Source of the DNA: Ramazzottius varieornatus
Lineage: Eukaryota; Animalia; Tardigrada
Reading direction: 5' to 3'
Assembly: GCA_001949185.1 (NCBI GenBank)
Contig: BDGG01000001.1
Location: 4,329,624 to 4,393,623, forward strand
DNA: 64,000 nt
Of the stretch, positions 38,934 through 50,500 are shown piece after piece. The notes under the pieces were generated by a model. It had not been told where the DNA came from. It searched no databases and was given only the letters and a program-made list of their open reading frames with translations. Position 1 is the first letter of the stretch; every line of letters starts with the position of its first letter. Position numbers and translations under genes: made by a program.

Positions 38934-39392
38934 ATGCTGAAAATAATCATGGATCGTTCGACGAAGAAGCTGCCGGAAGCTCAGACTGCAGCTCTACCCT
39001 TACCACCTTTGCCTTCCTCGAAGACCGATCCCACAAGCCGCGTCGGTTTCTCAGACAAAGTCGTCAAGGTGGAGAATGACAGGAAGAAGTACCTAACGGC
39101 AAAATATGGACAGCATCAGATGGCCCTAATCAAGAAACGCCTCAGCGTCGAACTGTGGTTGATTGAAGAGCTACAGATGCTCTACCCCAAAGAAGGTCCC
39201 GGAAGCTCTTCGTCTGGATACGGCTCTGACGTCGTCGACGAATGCGACATTGACTTGGATGATCTCCTCGATATGGAACGTGATGATGAGCGGCGGAGGT
39301 TTCTGCGGCAGAAATTATCTGCATGCCCTCAACCATCGATTGTGGTGGCGCGATTCATTGAGGACCTCTTAGTGAAGGCCAAGTCGCTGTGA
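38934..39392 (+). CDS. PPP1R14: PP1 inhibitor of the PPP1R14 (CPI-17/PHI-1) family, single coding exon
   Basis: RKKYLTAKYGQHQMALIKKRLSVELW...LY and DIDLDDLLD...FIEDLL match the family pattern, with the phospho-Thr motif TxKY. Confidence 0.85.
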   Translation: MLKIIMDRSTKKLPEAQTAALPLPPLPSSKTDPTSRVGFSDKVVKVENDRKKYLTAKYGQHQMALIKKRLSVELWLIEELQMLYPKEGPGSSSSGYGSDVVDECDIDLDDLLDMERDDERRRFLRQKLSACPQPSIVVARFIEDLLVKAKSL

Positions 39393-40851
39393 TTAAAGAA
39401 CGGTGGCCGCTACTATTACCCCCCTTTGTTGTGTTTGCCTGACGAATTAATCTCTGACGAGAGTCTCTGCACAAAGCTCATCGTCTGTCCTTCTCAACGC
39501 CCGAGTTGCCGACCTGTAGTGGATTACTGTTGGATCAATTATTGACCGCTTTACAATGAGTCCAAGGAAGACAACTGCGGTAGCCGTTAACGAGCTTCCG
39601 TCTCCCGGGGTAGACACTCCTCGTAACATGCTGACCATACTGTCATGTCTGACACCAAAGACTTTTTCTGTATCCGTGAAGGCAATTATTATGTTCAACT
39701 GGCCGGAATAGAGGTTTTTTTCAGTTTGACGACAAGAAAACTGGTTACGGCTGTGAAGAGGGTAATGCACTAATTGCCACGCCCGTTTTTGACGGCGGAT
39801 CATAAACCTACGCGAAGCAACGTTGCTGGCCAGCACAAATTTTTCACAATGGGAAAGTTTTCGGAAATGTTGATTATGCCATAATAAAGGTTGAATGTCA
39901 GAGCGCGATTCATGTCCTCTGTCATTTCTGACACGTAATAAGCAATTAATCATTGTTGATCGAACACACTCATCATAAAGTCTGTTTGGCATTATATCCA
40001 CCTTTTTTCCCGTTATCTAAAAAACATTTCCGAATTTGGTGGATAATTTTTCGATGAAGAAAACCATGTGCAATAATGTAGTGTCTGTCATCTCGGTTTC
40101 CGAGTGTGCGTGACGGAAATGGAGTCTTGTACACCATGAAAGGCCAGCCGCTACAAGGAAGTCTAGAATACCAAACGTAAAACTTTCACCGCACATCCCG
40201 GGACTTCTGCTGGTTGATTGGCCAGCAACTTCCAGCCGGAAGTCAGATTAGCGATCCGGGTGAGCCTTCTGGAGCAAGTCAACCGCGGCGCACGACATCT
40301 CCATTTTCGCTAACGAGCTTTTGTGCGGCTCGCTGAGCATGCGTGGACAGTTCCACAAAGACTTCAGCCGACACTGTTGGACTGCCCTACAGTTCTAGGC
40401 TAACTCCCAACTGTGGGTCGCTTACTTACCCACCAGCTGCGATTCTGCGGGAAGGAGTCATATTGCGTGCTTCAAGAGACAAATAATATCCATGTGTATA
40501 TTTGATCATCGAGGCGTCTTATTGGCAGTCATTTATCAGTATTAGAACGCCACATTGGCCTGGAGATGTGTTTTCCAGGCCGGGATTCGGGGAACGCCCA
40601 TTCCCCTACATAATCTTCAGACTTATCGGGTCGGCATGTCGGAAATCTCCTCGTATAAGCGATAAATATTTACATACGAACGTGATGATAAATACGTACA
40701 CAAGACTAAAAGCTTAATGGGTCCCGATAACCAGAGTGAGACATGCAACCTTTCGAGCAACTTATCATGGAATACAAATTTAGGATTGGCGTTTCAGTAT
40801 TGTAGGCTGCTGCCCAACGTCTGTGGCAGTGTTTGGGTTTACGAGGTTACA

Positions 40852-42602
40852 TCATCTTCGTGTCGGAGTTTGGTTTCCACCCCCTGCAGGATTCTCCTGG
40901 CTTTCCATGTCCAAGTCGGTCGTGTTCCACCTCATTAGGTTTCTCCTCAGATTCATCAGCAGCCCGTTGGACTCGCGATAGTCGTTGGAATCTAGCTCTG
41001 CCAGCATCTGGAATCCGCGGTTCGCTTCGTCAAGCGCCATCTATCGGTAAAGAACGGCTTTCAGGGTTATCGGTTAAGCACTATAAGAATCATAAACTGG
41101 ACTAACCTTTGTGATACGCCATCCACGGTTGGAGTCTTGGCAGGCATCTCGAAGGAAGACTCCAAAGTTCAGCGCCAGTCCAAGGCGAAGAGGATGAACA
41201 GCCGACACGCAGGTCTTCAGGCGGTCAGCTTCTTCGTACGCGCTTCGTCCAAGACTTCCGGCTTTGGCTTTCTGGGGTCCGCTGGAGTACTCGGCCATAT
41301 ACCGATACAGATCTCCCTTCCTGAAATTCAATAGTCAGGAATAGTCTTACTCAACGTAACAAAGCTATGTAGTAGAACATTCCACATAAAGTCAGCAATA
41401 TGCAGCATGAAAAGATGAGGATCAGGTATAAAATCATTTTAGTTTCTGAGAAAACTTGATTATCCACAAGACAGAGGAAAAGGGTTCCTGGAAAGGGAAA
41501 TTTCACGCACTTACACCTTGCAGAAGTAGAGCCTTGTTTCGGGACTGACGGCGGCGTTCGTCAGGAGACCACTTGATACTTTCAGACCTTCCGTACACAC
41601 CATTCTCATCTTATCTTCCAGCTCACCGCGATACTAAGAAACACATTACTAGTACGTTATTACGGCGTACCGCGGTTACACTCTGTCTTAGAGTAAGAGT
41701 CTCACCTTACAAGATACACGAAGCTTGAAGGCGTCTTTCTCCCCCACTTCCGTCTTCTTGACCTTCCTCCATGCATCTCGGATGCCTCTTATCGTATCCT
41801 TGTAAGCAACCGCGATGAAATACCTTTCATCCTTCACCAAGTCTCTTCGTTGCTCCATCACTGTCAAAAACGCTCGCACATGAGCCAAAAGTTCTTCGTG
41901 ACGATGCGCGCGAAAAGAACAATCGGCTAAGAAAATGTAATCCTCCCTAGTTTGAGCTCGTGTCGATCCCAACAGCATGGGATTGATTTCCAAATTCAAG
42001 CTGGCTCGGGCAAAATTAGCTGGTGCATTCGACACAGGCGGAGCATTTTGAGAGCTTTGAGCTTGCTGGAATGAAGCTTCGATGGCCGCGCGAACAGACT
42101 GGAGCATCGCTCGATTCTGACTGGTCGCATCTTGCTGAGATAGATCCAACGCATGAAGAAGAGGCGTTCTTGAGTTGTTATCAACACTTTGAATGCTGTT
42201 GTTCAAACTATTTTGAAGGTTCAGTCCTTGTAGTCCTTGAGTCTGACTCAAGAGCTGGATAATCTGAGCGCGGACTTGTTCGTCCAAGTTACTAAGATTC
42301 AATGTATTCGGTGGATTGATTTGCTGTTGCGGTGGAGGTGGGCTGACAGGTGCCGGTGGGCGATTATTCGACTGTCCTAAACCGAGTACTTGCCGTAACT
42401 GAGCCCGTATTGTGTTTTGGAGAGCTGTGAGAGGGTTCGTAGTGTTTTGAGGGGTAGGTTCAATGAGAGTGAGGGAATCAACAGGGAACATGGGATTGGC
42501 TTGTGCGTTCGGATCTGGCGGACGAGGAGTTCCTGCAGAGGGCGCCGATGGTTGCGCACCCTGGCTCGCCTGGTTCGGCGGCGGCCTTCCGGGATCCGCC
42601 AT
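40852..42602 (-). CDS. Divergent 14-3-3-like protein with a ~215-aa Q/N/P-rich N-terminal extension; 4 exons
   Basis: ERYFIAVAYKDTIRGIRDAWR, KGDLYRYMAE, HPLRLGLALNFGVF, YRESNGLLMNLRRNLMRW. Confidence 0.85.
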
Positions 42603-43079
42603 AGCGATGTATGGAGCGCAGTTACCGGGATGATATCATTGGCTCAAAAATGTGGAAACAAGCAGGAAATACGACAAAATATTACACAGAAATTTACCGA
42701 GCTTTCTAACTGGCCGTTGAGGGTCAGCTAGAGAAGCGTGCTGCAGCTGCTGTTTCGCCTACTGTGGTCAAGGTTTACGAGCGTAAAAAACAATCAGTTC
42801 CCTTAACAACCTCAGAAAAGCGAAGACTTACGACACAAGAGAAAGGCAGGGTTCTTCTTTTCGGCAAATCGGTCACAATTTATCAAAAAATGGAACTTGA
42901 ATCAGAGATTTCAGTGTCAGAAAAAGCAATGGAAGCTCCGTGTCGCAAAGGTCCGAAGAATATTAAAATTGAAAATAAGAAACTTTACCGTCGAAGACCT
43001 GAACACAGCAAGATAGAAGAAAAACTTTGGCAGGGTAGTTCAATCCAGGTCTAACTTTCAGCAAACATGATTCGGTCCT

Positions 43080-45032
43080 TTATCGTCGAAATCTATTGGC
43101 GGAGCCGCGTCCTCTAGGGCTGGAAGAATATCCCCCTGAAAAAACAAACTTCACTGGTCAGTTACCTGGAGTATTCTTGAAAATATTACACTTCCCCAAT
43201 ATGGTCGAACTCACCTCGAACAAGATATGGCGAAGTATGAGTCAAGAGACGAGCACGACCTCCAGCATAAGCCGGTCTCATCGGGCTCGGAGCGGCAGAA
43301 GTCCCTCCTCTTCCCCGAGGAGCATAACGGGGACGAGCAGGAACTGCTTGGTAGAGAGGACTCTGGTATTGCTGGGGTGGTTGCCCGTAGGGTGTGTGGG
43401 GCGAGGATACAGGCTGACTTCCCCATCCGTTGTAGCTGGTGTAGTCTCCTTCGACGACGACATCAGCCGAACTGAACGAGCTCGTGGAGCCCCGAGACGG
43501 GCTCAGCACTGAAGGCGATTGAGAAAACTGAGGTTTCCGTAGCGCCGGACGATTACTAGGGCTGACTTTCTTCACCAGAAGACGAGCTGACTTCAAGTAG
43601 TGCTCGCCAGTCACTGCAAATAAACAACAGACTGAAAAGGATCCATAATGAAAGGCAGCCGTCTGGACTTACAAACGATCTTGTCCACGACGTCGTGGTC
43701 CTTGAATGTGACGAAGGCGTAGTTCAGCCTTCTACCGGTAGTTTTTTCGTGGGGGATATCCACTCGCGCCACCTCTCCATAGCACGAAAAGTATTCACCC
43801 ACGTCCTGCTCGGTCATCTGGTCCTGGACTCCGCGAACGAAAATCTGGATGGCGTCCGACAAAGTTCCATCTTCGAATGCTTGCTGTCAAAATACAAAAA
43901 TAAGACTCGTTCATTATGACAGACACAGATACGGACATCGCTAATATTGTCAACCTATAAATTACCTGACGAGGAACGACGCGTCGGGTCTTGAGCTCTT
44001 GATTGTGCAATATGTGAGGTCGATTCTTCTGAGCGACGTCGACCATTCCTTCCGTTTCGTACGTGAGGAAAGCAAAGTATCTGTCCGACTTTTGGTCGAC
44101 CATAATCTGGATGTCCATAATCACTCCGAAATTGCCAAAAAGAGCCCGGATCTCCGTTTCTGTAGTGTCTCTTGGAAGGTTCCCGATGTAAAGCCTTCGC
44201 CTAGTGTCTCCGTCATGACGATTTTCTTCACCCTTATGCTCCTGCAATAAATAAAAAACCTGTTTACCGCACACTAATTTTTGGTCGTAGAAGATGACTC
44301 GCCTGTCGAGGTGCCGATGGAGGAGTGATGGGTTCCGAGACTGTTGAGATCTTTTCTTCGTCCGTCGGTGAATATGCCTGTCGTGGATCCGTTTCGTCCG
44401 TGCCGCCATTTTCGACAGCTGCTGTTTTCAACTCCAAGTTTTTGGGGAAGGCGCCTGGAGAATTTGTTGGGATGGAAGCCACTGGGGTAGACACAGCTTC
44501 TTGAGATCGATTCCGTGGCTCTGACTGGACAACCAGGACTGGAGGAACGATGTGGTTTGCTGGAGGCACTGGTTTTACCGAAGGAACCGGAGGTGTCTGG
44601 ACATTTTGCGCACTGCTCTTATTGCTGGTGGTCGTGTGTGGGATTCCAGCCAACACGTCGCTTCCGGGCACCTGAACGCCGAGTTCCTTCAACCAGCGCA
44701 GAGCAGCTTCTTCATAGTCCTCTTCGTTATCCGCAGCTTTCTTTCGAAGCTGATCCAGAGTTTTGCCTGTAACGGACAAATATCTCACAAAACCATATCA
44801 AGCATTTATTCAAGAACACGAGAAGGAATTTACCGGTATTGATTTCAAGAACCAGACAAGGAAAACTTCCTCTTCGGATCTTTGCATCACAGACGGTCTT
44901 CTCGCTGATTCTAGAGTCACCTCGTGGCAGCAGATCTGTCAACGGCACAACCTTCACGTTTGTGGCTGGCGGTGTGACGACAGAGGTGTGGAAGAATACT
45001 ACGGCATTTCCGTTCACCGTTGATATCTCCAT
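43080..45032 (-). CDS. Two-RRM RNA-binding protein (hnRNP A/B / Musashi-like RRMs) with an extra N-terminal domain and a Y/P/RGG-rich tail
   Basis: RRM1 LYIGNL / YFAFLTY; RRM2 IFVRGV / NYAFVTF; tail with YAPRGRGG; last exon GYSSSPRGRGSANRFRR, stop at 43080. Confidence 0.8.
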
Positions 45033-45328
45033 CTTGGAGAAGAAGTTGAAGCGGACAACCTATGGAGATACCTTGAAGAAAACAGAGCTTCGATACGGAT
45101 AGCAGAAGAAACGTTAAACGTCGCCTCGGTGCATGAAGAACGAATAGGTTTCTCGTCCGAGTTTACATCCGTCTTAGTCAGTTGTAAAGTAGGCTGTTGC
45201 TTTGTTTCTCAAACCAGAAAAATGTCATAAGGTGTTCAGAACATGTAATCCGGATACGTCAAATTTTATGGGCCTTTGGGTCAGCGATTTAAAAACATCG
45301 GTGTGTAGGCGAGTGAGTTTTATCTTAC

Positions 45329-47100
45329 CGGCTAGGTTGATTTCGGCGCTGTACGCCAAGAAGTCGTCCAAGCGAATTTTCGCCAGCGGAAGGTCTTGGA
45401 GATCTTATACGTACTTGACCTGGCGGTACACGCTGCTTGAAACCGGCAGCAGAGTTCGCCGGACAATTTCCTGACGGAACTTGATCCATAGCTCTTTGCG
45501 CTGAGCTTTGTTCTGCTTCTCCGCCTTGCGCTGATTTTCTTCTTCGACCTGATCAGCATCGGCGTTTTCTTCCGGTTCTTCCAGTTCTTCTTCTTCGTCA
45601 GTGTTCTTGATGAAGACCGAAAACTGCATTTCCTGTAAAATAATATTCGTAAAGATTTCGGTTTTTCATAGTGGAGAAGTTTTATTACAAGCCTTCAAGT
45701 TTTATTGTACCTTCAAGCCGAGAATGCGGAAGACGTCTCGTAAGACATTTCTGTACGCCTCGTTGGCTTCGATCTGGACATCCCTTGTTACGACTGGCAT
45801 GAGAATCTGCTCGAGGATTCGTGCGTATGTGATACGTTTCTGGTCGTCCACCATCTGCTTGAACATGAGGGAATAAATTTCCATCCTGTTGTCCGCGCAC
45901 TCTCTTCCGACCAAGGCGAACTCCACGCCTTGGTTATCCAGCTTGGCGGCCACCTTGAAACGAGGATGACTGTGACAGGCGTTCAAGAAGATGATGGCTT
46001 CGGAGAAGTCCGAGAAGCACTGGTTGCGCTTCTTCATCAACGATCGCAGACAGGAACGAACCCATTCCCTAATCTCTGGATTTGGATCTGAAAAACAAGC
46101 AAAACATTTAGTACCCACTTTCAGTTCTTGAAAGGGACGACCCTTGTATCTCGAAAACCGTACTTACAATCCATAGCTGAAAGCTCGGTAAACGAACCCG
46201 ACAAGACTGTTTTCCCACGTGGCGCATGCATGCGGCGTTACAGACTGTAAACGTGCGTCACTTGATAAAACGATCCTATCGAGTGTGTTCGCCTGAATCT
46301 CACCTGACATATTGAAACGTTTCAGAAGAGCTGAGATGTTGATTACCGGATATCGAAGTCAAGAACTGGTAGAAAACTTCCGGGTTCCACTGCAGATGTT
46401 CATTCAGCAGCAAGTTGTGCAACTGATTGCTGACGTCACCGCGAACGAATGTATGGATGGCTGTTCTGGTCGCCCAGCCATCCATACACTTTGAAGAGGT
46501 CCTTCTCCATCACGTCTCCAAACATCTTCAGCATGTCGAACACCACCACGATGGCGTCCCTTCTCAAGCCGATATCGTTGGTGTGGGAGTTGGCCATGCT
46601 GACAATCTTGGGCGCGTACTTCCACGACAGCTGCTTCACACCCAGACACAAACGTCCCAGAGCGAAGACTCCGTGTGCTCGGACCCACGATCGACACTGC
46701 AGGACCGAGTCAAAGTCGCACACACGTTCGATCAGGGCCTCGGGAGACTCATCACTGACCACAGCCTTCGCTGCTCGGTTGTTGCCTTTACCCACACCGA
46801 GATGACAGCCGAGTTCGCTAACAAGTCGGACGCAGAAGCAGATGTCCATCTCCTGTGGGGTGACTTCTTCCTTCGCGTCCGCCTCTTTGAGCATCAATCG
46901 ATCTACCGACGCAAGAGATGTTAGTTACGCGTGGTCTCGAAGACAGCTGACTTTCTGCCGTTCTTCACTACATCAAGTCCAAGGACACAACAGTCCTCTA
47001 CACTACACTGGAATAAGCACCTTCGATTGTATCGCCACAAATCGTCCGTTTCAGTGCCACTTCCGCTCGAAGATGCTGTATCATCTTCCGATGTGTCCCT
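45329..47100 (-). pseudogene. NCAPD3: Condensin II subunit CAP-D3-like C-terminal fragment with a frameshift and an in-frame stop
   Basis: VRAHGVFALGRLCL, LRRDAIVVVFDML, FYQFLTSISDPNPEIR, FSEAIIFLNAC, RMEIYSLMFKQM. A 4-bp duplication near 46442-46449 shifts the frame; TAA at 45405-45407. Confidence 0.7.
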
Positions 47101-47217
47101 GTAAAAAACAGACAGGCGTGAATGTTAGACGGTAGCGTGCAAACAGCATTGTGCAGCTGTTCGTGTCCTGTTCGACTTAGGTACAGTGCTTGAAAAGAGA
47201 TTCAGGTGGTGATTTTG

Positions 47218-47267
47218 NNNNNNNNNNNNNNNNNNNNNNNNNNNNNNNNNNNNNNNNNNNNNNNNNN
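47218..47267. other. Assembly gap (50 N)
   Basis: Run of N. Confidence 0.95.
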
Positions 47268-47512
47268 CGTCAATGTCTTTGTGCATAGTGCAGTATGAAA
47301 CTCAACCACCAGCCAGACAATGTGAGGGGGGAGTATTCAGCACGGACAGTGTAGTTTTGTCAACGACCGCCAAACAGGCGAGTCGTTCTCCTGCGACGTG
47401 AGAGATTGGTTATCAACTGTACGCTATGATGGACTGTTGCTGTGGGATTCAGCTTGATCCACTACTCTTCCAGACAAACTAATATACGTGGATTCCAACC
47501 TGAGCGACAACG

Positions 47513-50500
47513 ATGTGCAAAATTACACCCAAAAATAAGCTTATCCAGACTACCAGCTTATCCCCATTGAGTCGGCCATTAATTCCGCTCTTCCTTTTCT
47601 GTGTAGTTTTTTCGAATGCACGTTCCATCGATGGAAAACAGAAAACATATCGTTTCGGCGTCCTGTCTAGTCGGACTCTGCTGGCCATATGCAACGACAC
47701 CGCGTCTAGCTACATGGCGGAGCAAGAAGCGCTGGGACACAACGTGATCATCACCTGTTATAGCACGGAACTTGCGACTCAGTTGGGCGTCATCCGAGCA
47801 CGAGATATCCCCACCGTGGTTAATACTCCGGTGGCCACTGCCAATGGCAAGAACGCTACTGCAGCCGACATCGATTTCATGACTATATTCTTTCTTCGAA
47901 CCATCTTCACCAATGCCGAACTAAACGATAATTCAGACAGGTTCATAGCGTACCCTGTGCTAGTTAATGGCGCTGTCGTCGGCTACAATCTACCGGATCT
48001 GGAACCAGGAAACATCGGAGGACTGGACGCCAAAGCGGACCCGGTTGTTCTACGGTTGAGTCAAGCCGTTATTACTGGTACTGTAATTATGGTCCAGAAC
48101 GCTCTTGAGATGGTTAATCAATCTGGTCAGATTTGTATGTAGCCAGTTTACTTTATAAATGATTTTATTGCACTTGGCCTTTTGGTCCACCGTGAAACGA
48201 ATGCGAGCTTTTGGACGTCAACCGATGGGAACTTGACTTGCACAGACAGTTTGCAACGGAAGGACCAAAACTACGTGGTTTTCCAGACTGGTTAATAAAC
48301 GCTTGATTACAGGGATATTCTCTGGAAAGATCAAGACGTGGGACGATCCGGCTATAACGAGCTCGAACCCTGATTTCTCACGGCTGACGAATAAGAAGTT
48401 GCCCAACAAGGCGATACAATTTGGGTTCCGGAGCGATCGCTTTACGACTTCGATGATCATGAGTCGCGCCCTGTACTCGATGGATAACGTCACCTTTAAG
48501 AAGGCATTCACTCCGGAAGGACTGCAAGCTGGTACGGATTTGAGGAAGAATCTGACTAGCGGAATCGCTGCCAGCTTGAACTCGACGATCTTCACCAGCG
48601 TGGCGCCGTCTTCCTTCAGTCTATTTGGTGGCTTGCAAGCAACTCCGTACTCGATGATTATCACCATGCAAGAAGACCTAGAGAACTATGGCTTCCGCGT
48701 TGCGGCAATTCAGAACAAAGCTGGGCAATATATCAATTCCAATCGAGATTCTGTAAGAGTCCAGTATTTAAAAAAGTCAACAAGAAAAGTTCAGAAATAC
48801 AGAACTAGTAAAGCTAATGGGATGCTGGCAGATGAATAATTGAACATGATCGTGTGTCACGCGGCGCACGCTCTCGTGTTTTCGGTTAGACCTGAGTAAG
48901 GGGCAAAAACAATCATGTTCAGGTTATATGCCAATCAGAAATAATTATGTAAATATCCGAGTGAAACAGAACAAATCGCCAAAGAAACAACTGAATGTTT
49001 TTGTTTTGTCAGTAGATTCAAGCAGCAATTGCCAATGCCAGCCAAGATCCCAACTCGGCCAACTGCACCTTTAGCATGTCAAACTTGGACGGAAATGGCA
49101 GCTACCCATATCTTGAACGGGTCTACCTGGGGGTGATGAAGTACAGAGTCGGTCAGGCGACCCAAGTCCTGCCCGACTGCGACACAATGGCTGCCACCTT
49201 TCGTTTCATCAACTGGGTGCTGGACTCCGCTAGCTTATTAGCCCAGTCCTCGTTCTCCCGAAACTACTACGTGAAATCTGCGCAGAGCTGGTACGCGGGG
49301 TTGGAGGATCTGGAGAGCAGTATGCGGTGCGGTGATCACCGGCAGAAGGTCTCGACCTTCATGGATGAGATAAAGACTAGCGTAGCGCTGATCGCTGCGA
49401 TGAATAACCCGGCGACGTGGGGTGAGGTGGCGGCTGGAATGATCTTCGGTGGCGCTGCGGCCTGGTACTTCGGGCGGAAAATCTTTGTTTTCCTGAACCG
49501 GCTGAGGAAGGAAAGTATGGAACAGTACGCCATCAGCAGCAAGAATATTCGGCTCACTCCTACGCTGTACTCGCCGGTGGACAGGTAAAAACTTTATCGG
49601 AAAAATCGCAACAGCCAATGGTCGAGAATGCTGTGTGGGAAATATCGTAGTAAAAAGCTTAAAGGACAGCAGCTACAATAGACCTGTTTCGTAAGTCACG
49701 TTTCGGCTCTGAATAGAATAAAATCTCATGATTTTATACTGTGTCGGTTTCTGTGCAGAAACTGTTTCGCGGTTTGCTCGCTTCCGGCACAGAATATTAG
49801 CATAAAGGGATATTAGGCCACGCAAGTTCAGCAGGCCATCGGAATTCGCGGGGCCTGTCATTCAGCCCTCTACTGGATAAAGCCTGGACTTCTTTCGCTT
49901 TTTCTGCCGATAGTTTCGGGAAGACAAATATCTCTCCCTAACTTCAATGCTAGTTTCGGTCGAAAACATGATGGATTTCGAGAAGGAACGAGAGCGGAAG
50001 TCAAGTGCGCAATGTGGGAGAGGCGTGTAGCTCGGATCACTTGACGCGCCAAGTCCAATTCGCTGATTGGTCTGATCACGCTCCACTCCACCAAGATTTC
50101 AAATTTCGACCAAAGTGGTCAATAGTACAATCAACTCAGCTTGCAAATAATTTCAAATTCTGTGCAGCGATATTAGGCAAAACATAAGCCGTGGATAACT
50201 GCACAGCATAAAACCTGTACATATGCTGTGCAAGCCGAAAACATGACTTGCGAAACAGGTCCAATCACTCACGGTAGAATAAGCGCACAAATCGAAAAGG
50301 TCGAGAACTGATCGAACGCTGTAAGAAAGAAAAAGCTGGCTGTGGTAAATATGTTTTCTGGTTTCCCTTGATAGGTACAAAGGCGTGGTAGCGTCGAGAA
50401 GGGTGGTGGACCGCTACATCCCTTTAGCCTCCTTACAGTGCATCACGACCGGCACCTGGGGAGAGCACGAGGTCTTCCTGCGGCCGTGCAGTCTGGTCAT

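Noticed and set aside
39447-40001. 184-aa minus-strand ORF
   Set aside because: Non-ATG start, no motif, and antisense to the likely PPP1R14 3' UTR.
45060-45330. CAP-D3 to RRM gene fusion by splicing
   Set aside because: The donor is phase 1 while the acceptor is phase 0 relative to the RRM frame, and an upstream stop intervenes.
47513-49584. Bacterial contaminant pstS gene next to an assembly gap
   Set aside because: It contains spliceosomal introns, is fused in frame to eukaryotic domains, and has no pstCAB neighbours.
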